Source: an uncultured bacterium (GTDB lineage: Bacteria > Patescibacteriota > Microgenomatia > UBA8517). From it: a stretch of DNA of 36,011 nucleotides. Shown here piece after piece: positions 1-9,829 of the stretch. The stretch is from NCBI GenBank assembly GCA_937928235.1, contig CALEZE010000008.1, forward strand, positions 1 to 36,011, given 5' to 3'. Position 1 is the stretch's first letter. The number at the start of each line of letters is the position of its first letter. Position numbers and translations under genes: made by a program. The notes beneath the pieces are model-generated. The model saw only the letters and a program-made list of their open reading frames with translations. It searched no databases and had not been told where the DNA came from.

Positions 1-376
1 TATCGAGTGCATAAACAAATTCCAAATTCTCTTTTTTCGTCATATGTTTTACGAGCAGATACATCCCCCATATACCCAATATCCCAAATATGGCAGCGGG
101 GATGCGAACACCAAGAGGGCCGATACCCCAAATAGCAACAGTGGGCACTACTGAATACAAATAAAGTGGAGTCCTCCATTCTGCAAGCGATTGTAAATGG
201 AGAGGTAGGAAGTTGCCAGAGTAATCTCTCCCTGTATTCAGTAAAGAATATGCATGGTACCCAACATCCAGTTCGTCTCCAAAAAGACTTACTGGAATTC
301 CATTAAGATTCCAGAGTCTTATGAACGCGGCAACAATTAGAATTAATGTTAAGAGTTTTTTGTGCACTTTGTTCAT
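1..376 (-). CDS. GT-C fold membrane glycosyltransferase (GT39 / ArnT-PMT_2-like); N-terminal ~125 codons only, runs off the left edge
   Basis: Not in the ORF track. My reverse-strand translation from the ATG at 376..374 reads MNKVHKKLLTLILIVAAFIRLWNLNGIPVSLFGDELDVGYHAYSLLNTGRDYSGNFLPL... This is a TM1 helix followed by the acidic DE..GY first-loop motif typical of ArnT-like proteins. ATGA overlap with the stop of the upstream gene (373..375). Confidence 0.6.
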   Translation of the reverse strand, partial: MNKVHKKLLTLILIVAAFIRLWNLNGIPVSLFGDELDVGYHAYSLLNTGRDYSGNFLPLHLQSLAEWRTPLYLYSVVPTVAIWGIGPLGVRIPAAIFGILGIWGMYLLVKHMTKKENLEFVYALD

Positions 377-1350
377 TCTACAACAGCCTCGTCTATTGAG
401 AAGGTCAGATTGCCTGAATCCATGCTCGCCCTCGCCCCAATGGGCAAAATAAAGTTTTCCACATAGTGGCCAATCTCACCTACCTGCATAATGGGGAAAG
501 CATAACCTTCCGTGGCCTCTAGCACCAAATCCTTCAGTGACATCTCGTTCCCCTCTACTTCAGGAGTGTCGCCACCCACAGTATGCCCAATAATTAAACC
601 GTTTATTTCAGAAAAAAGTCCTTTCAAGTGAAGGTTTTTTAGGAATGCGTAAATTTGCTTTTTTGCGAATTTATAAAAGTCTAACACTAGAATCGAGCCT
701 TTAAACGAAGGGCAATACTCAGTATTAGCCAACAGTGAAACTGGCGTGCAAACTCCACCAACAATAACTCCTTCTGCACTACCTTCACGAATAGAAAATC
801 TTCCATCGTATCTTGTAGGATTATCTCGAAAATCTTTCCACTTTTCGTTAGATGGAACTTCACCATATTGTTTCTCAAAAAGAGTCTTCCTTAGACTTGA
901 AGAGGTGTATGTCATATCTAGATCGGCAAAATTTCCTAACTCAATTCCATGAAACACGACCAACCCCGTCTTTTTATTTATTGGTAGAGCTAGTGTAGTG
1001 AAGTCAGAAATACCTAAAAAAACTTTGGGGTTTTTCTTAATAAGTTCATAGTCAAGTTTATCTATCATTCCCATCGCAGCCGAACCACCGACCGTCCACA
1101 CGATAGCTTTAATTGAAGGGTCGATAAACATTTTGTGAAGCTCGTTTACCCTCTGGTCAAGTGGTGCAGAAGTAAAAAAATGCCTACCAAAAGTAGTATC
1201 ACCAATCACTGGTTCCAGGCCGAACTTACTACAGAAATTGTCGATTGCCTTCTCAAAATGAGGTTTCCTAGACAGGACAGAACCAGACGGGGAAATAATT
1301 CCTACCTTATCACCTCTTTTTAACCTTTGTGGTTTAACAGTTTTTGCCAT
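373..1350 (-). CDS. ldcA: LD-carboxypeptidase (peptidase S66, LdcA/MccF-like)
   Basis: N-terminal LKRGDKVGIISPSGSV motif, GISDFT nucleophile-type motif and a C-terminal GHxxxN-like region. Length of 325 aa is typical of the S66 family. Confidence 0.7.
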   Translation of the reverse strand: MAKTVKPQRLKRGDKVGIISPSGSVLSRKPHFEKAIDNFCSKFGLEPVIGDTTFGRHFFTSAPLDQRVNELHKMFIDPSIKAIVWTVGGSAAMGMIDKLDYELIKKNPKVFLGISDFTTLALPINKKTGLVVFHGIELGNFADLDMTYTSSSLRKTLFEKQYGEVPSNEKWKDFRDNPTRYDGRFSIREGSAEGVIVGGVCTPVSLLANTEYCPSFKGSILVLDFYKFAKKQIYAFLKNLHLKGLFSEINGLIIGHTVGGDTPEVEGNEMSLKDLVLEATEGYAFPIMQVGEIGHYVENFILPIGARASMDSGNLTFSIDEAVVE

Positions 1351-2141
1351 TTTTGTCCAAGCCAGAGAACTGCATTAATAACATAGTGTTTAACATATCC
1401 GTGATAAATTTTGCTCGAGGGAATTAGTTTCTTCCACCTATCTTTGGCCGTTGCCATTTTCTTAAAAGTGGCTCCGTGGTAGTGAGTAATTACTGATTCA
1501 GGTAGGTAGTAAACCTTTAGTCCTGCTTTCCATGTTTGCCTGCAATAATCTATATCTTCAAAGTAGGCAAAATAACGCTCATCAAGTAGGCCCACTTTTT
1601 TAACAGCCTTTGGTGTCATCAAAAAAGCAGCACCGACGACAGCATCCACGGTCGTTGGGTTCTTTCCTTTAGGAGCAAATTTTTCAAAAAGACCCTTTGA
1701 GCCAAACCAATATTCTTTTATCGCTCGCACTATTGTGGGGAAGTGATAACAGGAAGATTGCAAACTTCCGTCAATGTTTAAAAGCCTAGAGCCAATAACG
1801 CCTGCATCTGGAGTTTTTTCTGCAAACTCAACTAACGAGCCGAGTGCGTTCTTCTTAACCAAGGTGTCATTGTTAAGAAGAAGTATATATTTCCCTTTTG
1901 CCTTCTTCGCCCCTTGATTGTTTGCCTTTGCATATCCGTAATTTCCATCATTTTCAATTAGCGTAAAGTTTTTGTCCTTTTTCTTTAGTTTTCTTAAGGC
2001 CTCGACGGAGCCGTCCTTGGATCCATTGTCTACCACGATTATCTCTTTTTTTATTTTGGAGCCTTCTTTTTTAATTGAGTCTATACACTCAACGGTGAGT
2101 TTCTTGTTGTCGAGATTAACAATTACAATGCTTAGGTCCAT
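1320..2141 (-). CDS. Family 2 glycosyltransferase (COG1216 / rhamnosyltransferase-like)
   Basis: LSIVIVNLDN...VVDNGSKDGS...NYGYAKANNQG...LLLNNDT, the classic GT2 (GT-A) N-terminal motifs of the WbbL-like group. Confidence 0.75.
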   Translation of the reverse strand: MDLSIVIVNLDNKKLTVECIDSIKKEGSKIKKEIIVVDNGSKDGSVEALRKLKKKDKNFTLIENDGNYGYAKANNQGAKKAKGKYILLLNNDTLVKKNALGSLVEFAEKTPDAGVIGSRLLNIDGSLQSSCYHFPTIVRAIKEYWFGSKGLFEKFAPKGKNPTTVDAVVGAAFLMTPKAVKKVGLLDERYFAYFEDIDYCRQTWKAGLKVYYLPESVITHYHGATFKKMATAKDRWKKLIPSSKIYHGYVKHYVINAVLWLGQKWQKLLNHKG

Positions 2142-2143
2142 TT

Positions 2144-3031
2144 TTAGGAAAACCGTGCCAAAAGTGCCTCGTCAGAAATTTTGCTTTCTTTTCTCTCTTT
2201 GTTTCTAGCTTTGATTGCTGCAGAAAGTCTCATTAAAGCCATTAGTATTATTCGGGAATACCCAGGATGCCTAAAAGTTCGCGATGTGATACCTGCTATG
2301 TGCTTTCTAAATAATCCCGGACTCGTTATGTTTTTCCAGTTAAAAAGAAGCTGGTTTCGCTCTTTGATTCTAGCGACCATTGTTTTGTCAAACCTCCCAA
2401 TAGTTGTTTCGTGTTCATGGTCAACTACGGACTTTGGCTCCCAAACAAGCTTGTATCCTCTCTTAGCAGCTCTGTAAGAAAGATCCAAGTCTTCCCAGTA
2501 AAAAGGTGACAACAATTCATCGTCCATACCTCCCAGTTTCATCCAAATATCTCTTCTAAAAACCCCGCTACCACCATTTACCCAGAAAGTGTCATGGGCT
2601 TCTTTGCTCTCTTTCCCTGGCTCAAACAATATATATCCGCCTTCAAACTTCCCTCTTGCCCAACCATAACCTCTTTCGTGAAGTGACACTGCAAACACGC
2701 TTTTGTCTCTGAAGTGTTTGTGTGTCTCTTCTAAAAAGTTTTCTTCAGGAACCACATCATTGTTAATAAGACAAATGAGGTCCCCTTTTGAAGTTCTGGC
2801 ACCAGTATTTACAGAGGCGGAAAAACCACGATTTTTTGTGTGCTTGATTAGTTTTACATCCGGAAAGTTTTCTTTCATAAAAGAAACAGTGTCGTCAAAA
2901 GAGCCATCGTCAACAACAATTACTTCTAATATCTGATTTTTCTTGTTTTTTTGGGCCTTTATAACCTTAGGTAGATTCTTTTTGAGAAGATCACGCCCGT
3001 TGTAGTTTGGTATAACAATTGATACTTTCAT
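2144..3031 (-). CDS. Family 2 glycosyltransferase (COG1216-like)
   Basis: VSIVIPNYNGRDLL...VVDDGSFDDT...NRGFSASVNTG...LINNDV motifs. Only a 2-nt gap to the next gene. Confidence 0.75.
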   Translation of the reverse strand: MKVSIVIPNYNGRDLLKKNLPKVIKAQKNKKNQILEVIVVDDGSFDDTVSFMKENFPDVKLIKHTKNRGFSASVNTGARTSKGDLICLINNDVVPEENFLEETHKHFRDKSVFAVSLHERGYGWARGKFEGGYILFEPGKESKEAHDTFWVNGGSGVFRRDIWMKLGGMDDELLSPFYWEDLDLSYRAAKRGYKLVWEPKSVVDHEHETTIGRFDKTMVARIKERNQLLFNWKNITSPGLFRKHIAGITSRTFRHPGYSRIILMALMRLSAAIKARNKERKESKISDEALLARFS

Positions 3032-3072
3032 TTTATGGCTAAAGGTAGTTTATCAAAACACTCTCTAAATTA

Positions 3073-4101
3073 TTAGTTCAGAATTTCTTCGAACTCTTTT
3101 ACAAACCTTCTCTGTTCATAAACCAACGAAGACTTTTGTGATCTTTTGGACATTTCCGTTAACAAGCCCTTCTCTTCTACAAGCTTCTTTGTATAGTTAA
3201 TCAAACTTTTCTCCTCACTCCACAAAAACCCTGTCTCTCCCTTGGAAACAATTTCTTTATGTCCGCCCGCCCTAAAAACCACTGGAACGGCACCTGCCGC
3301 CATTGCTTCCACAACTGTTATTCCAAAATGCTCAACTGCTTCCGGGTTTTTTTCTTCATTCACTCCAAAACCAGCGGCTGACCAAAAAATTTTGGCTTTG
3401 CCGTAGAGTTGAAGCAATTTTTCAAAAGAAGCGCTTTCCACAATTTCGATAGGGTATCCCTTAGCTTCTTTTTTAAGCTCCTTAAGAAAGTTCCCGACAC
3501 CGACTTCTACACCACCCGCCAAAATAAGGCGCCATTCTTTAAACCCCTGGTCATATAGCGATTTAAATGAACGAACCAAAACATCTTGTCTTTTTGCTTG
3601 TTTTAATTGAGAAAACCTTCCGACAGACAATATTATATTTTGCTTTCGTTTGGGGGTTATTTTGTCTGTTGCAACAGGAGGGTAAACAACCACGCTCTCA
3701 ACACCATACTCTGAATCAATTACATTTTTTGTAAAGTACGAGTTGCATACTACTTTATTTACCCGCGCTAGCTTAAATTTATTCATAAGCGAAGTTCCTC
3801 CAACACCATGGAAGGGAACTTGAAAATGCAAAACATTCTTGCGCGCTTTTAGTGCGGGTATGCTACCGTCCGAAACCCAGAAACAAATATCATAAGACTC
3901 TCCTCTTTCAACATCTTTTACGATACTCAAACCCTTCAGGTCTAGACCAAACCTCTCCTCCAGTTTTTTAATTATTCCAGGATCCGACCATTCGATGTTT
4001 ACCTTATACCCAGACTCCAGAAGAGTTTTTGCAACCATAGCAGTATACCTCTCACCGCCGCCGAGAGTGTCCAAGTATGGATTTACTATTGCCGCTTTCA
4101 T
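3073..4101 (-). CDS. Family 4 glycosyltransferase (GT-B, group 1)
   Basis: C-terminal EHFGITVVEAMAAGAVPVV (E-x7-E region) plus N-terminal PYLDTLGGGERY. I place the start at the ATG at 4101..4099 (MKAAIVNPY...), which forms an ATGA overlap with the upstream stop. The track ORF extends to 4125. Confidence 0.75.
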   Translation of the reverse strand: MKAAIVNPYLDTLGGGERYTAMVAKTLLESGYKVNIEWSDPGIIKKLEERFGLDLKGLSIVKDVERGESYDICFWVSDGSIPALKARKNVLHFQVPFHGVGGTSLMNKFKLARVNKVVCNSYFTKNVIDSEYGVESVVVYPPVATDKITPKRKQNIILSVGRFSQLKQAKRQDVLVRSFKSLYDQGFKEWRLILAGGVEVGVGNFLKELKKEAKGYPIEIVESASFEKLLQLYGKAKIFWSAAGFGVNEEKNPEAVEHFGITVVEAMAAGAVPVVFRAGGHKEIVSKGETGFLWSEEKSLINYTKKLVEEKGLLTEMSKRSQKSSLVYEQRRFVKEFEEILN

Positions 4102-4805
4102 TTTTTCTTTTCTTGCATCTCCCAAAGTTTTGCGTAGGTAATCATACGACTAAACATTTGATAAACGATCTCAATCACGCCTACTCCTCCGTCGAGAAAT
4201 CCAAGCTTCCTCACACCACGGTACCAAAACTCCCTAAACGCTGCCGACATCATCCTCCACCAGGTGACAGGGGGGTGGCCTGACTTAAAAAGTAGTTCTG
4301 CCTCTATCTCTGACCATTTGTTGGTTTTTTCGACCATCTCTTCTAAGCTCCTGTGGGACCTATGAACAAAAGGTTCTTTTAGTTTTTCTACATTGCCTTT
4401 AAGTTTGGGTTGCTCATGGAGCTTGCCTTCCCATTTCACAAACTTATCTTTTCTTATTAGACGGACAACATAGTCTGGCCACCAGCCACCGTATCTCATC
4501 TCCTTTCCCAAGAGGATATTTTTCCTGGGAATCGCGTACGCAGCAGTGTCGCTTTCAGATGTTTTGATAGTGTGTTTGATTTCCTCTCGAAGCTTTGCTG
4601 TTACCTCTTCATCGCTATCTACATACAAAAGCCATTCATATTTTGCCTTTTTTGCTCCTTCGTTACGCCATTTTGAGAAATCCTGGTCTTTCCCGTCTGG
4701 TTTTATTTGAATTAGTTCATCACACCAGGTAAGTGACTTTAAGCATTTTTCGAGAAGTTCTTTGTTTGCTCCCTCGCCGGCTAACACAATTGCAGAAATC
4801 TTCAT
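4098..4805 (-). CDS. GT2-like glycosyltransferase, short WaaE/KdtX-like form with a degenerate N-terminal nucleotide-binding segment
   Basis: YVDSDEEV (DxD) and IPRKNILLGKEMRYGGWWPDYVVRLIRKD. Clear paralog of 5721..6638 (IPRKNIVFGKWLQHSRWWPDYNIRLFKKD), but it lacks that copy's VVDxxSxDxT block. Confidence 0.55.
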   Translation of the reverse strand: MKISAIVLAGEGANKELLEKCLKSLTWCDELIQIKPDGKDQDFSKWRNEGAKKAKYEWLLYVDSDEEVTAKLREEIKHTIKTSESDTAAYAIPRKNILLGKEMRYGGWWPDYVVRLIRKDKFVKWEGKLHEQPKLKGNVEKLKEPFVHRSHRSLEEMVEKTNKWSEIEAELLFKSGHPPVTWWRMMSAAFREFWYRGVRKLGFLDGGVGVIEIVYQMFSRMITYAKLWEMQEKKK

Positions 4806-5737
4806 TACTTTTTCCCCCAGGAGCCCTTACCAAATCTGCACAGGAAGAAATCGCGAACACCAGTTTTTTGCCACTCTCGCCCTTTGGTAAGTAGTCTCAA
4901 ACTTTCCCTAACAAGAGCGAGTTTGGTTCGAAGCCTGGCATATCTCATTCCAAAATCTAATCTGTTTCTTGTTAAAAAGTAGTCGTTAAGCTGGCTCCCA
5001 ATACCAGAGGCTTGTGACACCTTGTGCCAAAGGTGAGTTGCCGGAGTATAAACAACTTTCCAACCTGCACGCTTGGCGCGCTCAGAATACTCCGCATCTT
5101 CCCAGTACAAAAAGTATTTTTCTCTAAGATATCCAATATCTTTTACTAATTTGTTTCTTGTTAGCACACAAGCTCCGTTTGCTACATCGGTTTCTGCCTG
5201 TTCGTCGTACTGGCCTTCGTCAACCTCATCCACACCCCGATGTGTTGTGTAAATATTGTTTCGATCGATATCTCCACCCGCATACCAGAGAACTTTTCCC
5301 AATTCAGTCTTTTTATATCTGTCCTTGTGGTATTCGTAACCTTTAGCAAAATACATCTTTGGAGAAAGAAGTCCAATTTTTTTGTCCTCTTCTGCAATTT
5401 TTAGAAGCACTTTTAATAAATCTTTTTTCAGAATGAGGTCGTTATTCATTAGGAGCATATAGTCAAACCCTCTTTCCACAGCATCCCTCATTCCAATATT
5501 GTTGCCCCCAGCAAAACCCAAATTGGCGCCGGTGTTTATATACTTGAAGTCCATGTTTGGCAACTTAAAATCTTCAAAGTATTCGGGTGTTCCATCTGTG
5601 GAGCCGTTATCTACTAGCAAACACTCTGCGTTTAAACCACTTGTGTCCAGTTTTGCCACATCTTTCATTTGTTCCTGGGTCATCTCTTTTTGATTCCAGG
5701 TGAGAATTATTAACGCTACTTTAGGTTTTTTTGCCAT
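4805..5737 (-). CDS. Family 2 glycosyltransferase (COG1216 / rhamnosyltransferase-like)
   Basis: VALIILTWNQ...LVDNGSTDGT...NLGFAGGNNIG...LLMNNDL...YWEDAEYSERAKRAGW motifs. Confidence 0.75.
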   Translation of the reverse strand: MAKKPKVALIILTWNQKEMTQEQMKDVAKLDTSGLNAECLLVDNGSTDGTPEYFEDFKLPNMDFKYINTGANLGFAGGNNIGMRDAVERGFDYMLLMNNDLILKKDLLKVLLKIAEEDKKIGLLSPKMYFAKGYEYHKDRYKKTELGKVLWYAGGDIDRNNIYTTHRGVDEVDEGQYDEQAETDVANGACVLTRNKLVKDIGYLREKYFLYWEDAEYSERAKRAGWKVVYTPATHLWHKVSQASGIGSQLNDYFLTRNRLDFGMRYARLRTKLALVRESLRLLTKGREWQKTGVRDFFLCRFGKGSWGKK

Positions 5738-6638
5738 ACTTTAGTCTCCTTGCAACTTTTTTCGGGAAAGCTTTTATTGCACCCTTCTCCTTTGTGTATT
5801 TCTCAGTAATCCACCAATTAACTTCTGACTCTGCTTCCCCAAAAACACTAGCAACCTCGTCGAATGATGTGGCCTGCTCTAAAAACTTCTCTTTCTGCCA
5901 AATTTTTAGATAAACCATTGCTTCAGAAAATGCCTGCAGAATGGCAAGTGCCAGACCATGAAGGCCGTCCTTGTAGCCCTCTCCGGCGAAATATCTGCTC
6001 AAGAATTCTGACAAAGGCCTTTTGATAAGGTCTTTCCACAAAAATTTATGTTTCTTGGCAACTAGTTCGTCTGCCTGGACGGAAGTGTACCTGTTCATTC
6101 TTTCTATGTACTGCTCCAGAGTCTGGTAGTTGTGATGAATTATGGCAAATTCGTCCTTTGCCGGAAGGTCAATCCCTTTTCCTTGAGTAATGGGTACTGA
6201 ATGGATTTCGTCATCCCATTCAACATTGTCTTTTTTGAAAAGCCTGATGTTGTAATCTGGCCACCAACGGGAATGTTGCAGCCATTTTCCAAAAACTATA
6301 TTTTTTCTAGGAATCCTAACATAGTCTGCTTTGTCTTCCTTAATTATTTTTTTAATCTTTTTGGCAAGCGATTTACTGATTTCCTCATCTGGATCCAAGA
6401 CCAATACCCACTCCTTACTCGCCTTTGAGATAGCAAAGTTTCTGGCCGGCTCCACATAGCTCACCTTCTTAAACTCATATACCCTAGCACCAACCTTCTC
6501 GGCTATCTCGACAGTCTTGTCACTTGACTTCATGTCGACAACTACAATCTCGTCTGCCAAGTCTTTCACCGAAGCTAGGGCGCGAGGAAGCACATCTTCA
6601 ACATTGCTGGTATTTAAAACAACCGTTAATTCAGCCAT
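5721..6638 (-). CDS. Family 2 glycosyltransferase (WaaE/KdtX-like) with a C-terminal helical extension
   Basis: LTVVLNTSNVED...VVVDMKSSDKT...VLDPDEE...RWWPDYNIRLFKKD. Paralog of 4098..4805. Confidence 0.65.
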   Translation of the reverse strand: MAELTVVLNTSNVEDVLPRALASVKDLADEIVVVDMKSSDKTVEIAEKVGARVYEFKKVSYVEPARNFAISKASKEWVLVLDPDEEISKSLAKKIKKIIKEDKADYVRIPRKNIVFGKWLQHSRWWPDYNIRLFKKDNVEWDDEIHSVPITQGKGIDLPAKDEFAIIHHNYQTLEQYIERMNRYTSVQADELVAKKHKFLWKDLIKRPLSEFLSRYFAGEGYKDGLHGLALAILQAFSEAMVYLKIWQKEKFLEQATSFDEVASVFGEAESEVNWWITEKYTKEKGAIKAFPKKVARRLKYGKKT

Positions 6639-6659
6639 ATTTCGTATTTTACCTTCTTT

Positions 6660-8333
6660 TTAGTTTACTTTGTAAATTTTCACTTCAGCATTCTCAAATA
6701 TCTGCTCCAATCCGAGCTGGGTTTCTCCAAGGACTGCACGCTGACCGTTCAGCCAATAAACATAGGCAATTTTGTTTTCTTTCAAGAAACTTCTGGCATC
6801 GTCAGCGCTACTTGTTTCAAGAAATGCCTCCACTTCCTCTCTCCTTTTTGGCCATGGAAAGTTTGTAATATTCAAGTTAACCTCATCTTCCAGAAACACA
6901 GGGTGTTCACCAAACGCCGCTACATAGGCAGTCGATTCGTAGAGGTAAAGTGGTCGCGGTGGGTTGGACAAGGCCTCTTTTGCCTTTTCTTGATCGAATG
7001 GATATGTAAGAACAACACCCCTAGGTTGCTGAGAAAGAAAAGACAGGGCTTCAAGTTCATAGCTCGGAACCGTGGCGGGAGGCCGCCCTGGTAAATAGTG
7101 CCTTAGAGTTCCTATCGTGGTCGGTATCGTCAAAAGTACTACCAAAGCCACAAAGTATTTCGATTTTCTTGTCGCAAATTTTGCCAATGCCACTCCTGCT
7201 AGAATTCCCGTAAACATCAATGAATAGTACAAGAACTGAATGGTGTTCCAAGGTGTTCCCGATTGCAAAAAAAGTGTGGGGACCACAATGCCTGCAGCGA
7301 TGATGGTGTATATCGCTATCTCCATTGGCACATAACTTTTCGGTCTTAGTAGACTCCTCAGCGCAAAGGGCAAGGCCAAAATTCTCGTACCCAAGTTACC
7401 AAGTACAAAAATTACAAAGGCAACTAAATAGGCAGCAGTCGCTTTCACCCATAACCCGCCCAATCGATAGTTTGTCATCGCGCTATAAAACCTCTCCCAG
7501 CCAAGCCTGTCACTTAGCCCCATCATTGTCTCCAAAAACCAAAAAGGTTTAAAAACCACGATGCTACCGACTTCACCTTTTGTTGGCAAAAACACAAGAA
7601 GGTTGATTATGGCGACCGGTAGCAAGATTTTTAAAGTAATAACCTTTTTCTCCCAGAATAACTCCCACAGTGAAGCAGCCAAAAGCCCGGCTATTATGAG
7701 CAGGGCACCGTAAACTTTAATTTGCGACAAAATACCGAGAGTTAGAATTGTGCCGACAAATAGCTTTGCTGAGGATTTCCGTCGATATTTAAGATACAAG
7801 GTAAGACCAAGAAGCATTAGCACAAGAGAAGTGGCAAACGGGGGATTAACTAATGTAGAAATCGACTGCTGCGACCAGAAAGTGGATTCGCCACCAAGCT
7901 CTCCACCTTTAAGTAAAGATACGAGCCACCCCCAACCAGCACCAAAATAAACGAAAAATGTCGCCCAAAATGCTTCTTTCTTGTTTCTTCTCCATTCTTT
8001 AACAAACTTAAATGTTGCAAGACCAATAAGCGCAGCGAGGACTGGGGGAGCTATCTGGAAATACAGAGTTTGAGCAGAGACACCCGTTAATTTATGGAGA
8101 AATGCTAGCAATAAATCGTACCCCATGTGGTAATTTTTAATAACTTCTCCTGCAAAAACAGGCATTTCCAATGACCCGTTCGCAAAACTATTAATAAGGG
8201 CGATATGCCAAACCCCGTCGTGACCATTTGGTCCCCAAAAACCCATACCATAGTCATAAACCAAACCGCTCTTAATCATAGTAAGGCTCCACACAGCAGT
8301 ACCTAGAAAAATCAGTGCAAAAATCTTTTTCAT
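6660..8333 (-). CDS. Polytopic membrane protein with a C-terminal soluble domain; candidate GT-C transferase or polymerase/ligase-type enzyme (function unknown)
   Basis: More than 10 predicted hydrophobic helices and an N-terminal GFWGPNGHDGVWHIAL segment. The ~150-aa hydrophilic tail ends ...AEVKIYKVN, like the tails of the ArnT-like ORFs here. ATGA overlap with the upstream Wzx-like gene. No named family recognised. Confidence 0.35.
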   Translation of the reverse strand: MKKIFALIFLGTAVWSLTMIKSGLVYDYGMGFWGPNGHDGVWHIALINSFANGSLEMPVFAGEVIKNYHMGYDLLLAFLHKLTGVSAQTLYFQIAPPVLAALIGLATFKFVKEWRRNKKEAFWATFFVYFGAGWGWLVSLLKGGELGGESTFWSQQSISTLVNPPFATSLVLMLLGLTLYLKYRRKSSAKLFVGTILTLGILSQIKVYGALLIIAGLLAASLWELFWEKKVITLKILLPVAIINLLVFLPTKGEVGSIVVFKPFWFLETMMGLSDRLGWERFYSAMTNYRLGGLWVKATAAYLVAFVIFVLGNLGTRILALPFALRSLLRPKSYVPMEIAIYTIIAAGIVVPTLFLQSGTPWNTIQFLYYSLMFTGILAGVALAKFATRKSKYFVALVVLLTIPTTIGTLRHYLPGRPPATVPSYELEALSFLSQQPRGVVLTYPFDQEKAKEALSNPPRPLYLYESTAYVAAFGEHPVFLEDEVNLNITNFPWPKRREEVEAFLETSSADDARSFLKENKIAYVYWLNGQRAVLGETQLGLEQIFENAEVKIYKVN

Positions 8334-9829
8334 TTCTTCGACACAAACGCCTTGAAGCTTTTTTTAATATCTTGTGTCAACGAGGCTCCTTGTAAAAGAT
8401 ATATTGTCGTTAAGTATGTGGCGGCGCCGACCCCCACAATCACCCAAACGGATGTCAAGCTAACTGGTAGCCTTGCACGCAATATGAGTGCCACCACCGA
8501 CAACAAAAGTGCCGCCAATGCCGGCCTGGCAACAGAATCTATAAGAGAAAACTTCACATACTTTCTGGCTATAATTATTGCCACTACCGAACTTGTACCC
8601 ACCAAAGCATAGCCTGAAGCAGCACCAACCACCGAATAGTTTAGAGCCAAAAATGGAACAAAAAGCCAGGTAAGGACTGTCCACATGACCATAAGTTTAA
8701 ATGTCGTTTTTATCCTTCCGATGGCGTTAAGCAAGTTTGTTAGTTGAGTTGTTACAGCAGCAAAAAGCGTATTGATTCCAATGAGACCAAGTGGCAAGAG
8801 TGCAGGCGCCCATTTTTCATATCTTGGAATAATATCTACCAGAAGAGGTGCCAAAACTAAAAGCCCGGCAAGTGTTGGAAAAACCAAAAAGCAAATAAAG
8901 AAGATACTTCTTGTAACAGATCTTTCAAGATGGTCCTTCTCGTCTTGCATTCTGGAAAATGCAGGGAAGGTTACTTTTATAACATGATCCATAAAAAATC
9001 TTAGTGGCGCCTGTCCCCATTTTTGCGCCCAACCAAGTAAACCAACTCCTGCAGGCCCTAGTATTCCTCCCAGCACAGCAGTCATTCCATCATCCTTGAG
9101 AGTGGCAAGAAGCGTGTTTGCTTGATAAGGAACACCGTAGTTAAGAAGCTTCTTGAGTGGTTTCCTGGAAAAGGCAAACCCTGGCTTCCATGGACGAAGA
9201 AGATATATTGCCACTAGCCCAACTACGCCTCTGGCAAGTACCGCATAGGTAAAACTCCTGACACCAAAGCCTTGCCACGCCAAGTAGACAGCAACCACAT
9301 TGTAGACTAGATTTTCAAGAACCTGTGGCAAGACCAATTTCTCAAAGGATAATTCCCTTTCTAGAAGTACGGAGGGGATTGTCTTTAGGGAAGACATAAA
9401 AAGCGAAGCACCCAATGCGTACAAGAGAAAGGTGCCCTCGGCACTAAGTGAATAGATTCTTGTTAGAACCGGGGTCGCGAAAAAAAGTGCTGCCAGAAGT
9501 ATCAATACGAGGACCTGTTGAATAGTAAAAGTGGTCCTGAGGTCGGCCTCGTCAACTTCTTCTTTTTTTTGAATAAGGGCAGCTGCCAAGCCTACATCGC
9601 TAAAGTAGGCAAGAAAGTTAACAACTGCTGAAACCACCCAAAATACCCCAAACTCACTGGGCTCAAGAAAAACGGTTAAAAAGCCGGTGGCAACCAAAGA
9701 AAGTAAGCTCAAGAGGAAGGTGCGCCCAGTTAAAACAACCACACCCCTGATCGCTCTTTCTTTAATGCTTTCAAGCGTAATCTCGGAGGTTGGGTCCAGA
9801 TGCTCTTCTGTCGCCTCTACTTTAGCCAC
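8330..9829 (-). CDS. wzx: MOP-superfamily oligosaccharide flippase (Wzx / polysaccharide biosynthesis protein)
   Basis: About 14 hydrophobic segments in 499 aa. N-terminal RGVVVLTGRTFLLSLLSLV...FLAYFSDVGLAAALIQ is typical of the Wzx/RfbX family. Confidence 0.65.
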   Translation of the reverse strand: MAKVEATEEHLDPTSEITLESIKERAIRGVVVLTGRTFLLSLLSLVATGFLTVFLEPSEFGVFWVVSAVVNFLAYFSDVGLAAALIQKKEEVDEADLRTTFTIQQVLVLILLAALFFATPVLTRIYSLSAEGTFLLYALGASLFMSSLKTIPSVLLERELSFEKLVLPQVLENLVYNVVAVYLAWQGFGVRSFTYAVLARGVVGLVAIYLLRPWKPGFAFSRKPLKKLLNYGVPYQANTLLATLKDDGMTAVLGGILGPAGVGLLGWAQKWGQAPLRFFMDHVIKVTFPAFSRMQDEKDHLERSVTRSIFFICFLVFPTLAGLLVLAPLLVDIIPRYEKWAPALLPLGLIGINTLFAAVTTQLTNLLNAIGRIKTTFKLMVMWTVLTWLFVPFLALNYSVVGAASGYALVGTSSVVAIIIARKYVKFSLIDSVARPALAALLLSVVALILRARLPVSLTSVWVIVGVGAATYLTTIYLLQGASLTQDIKKSFKAFVSKK

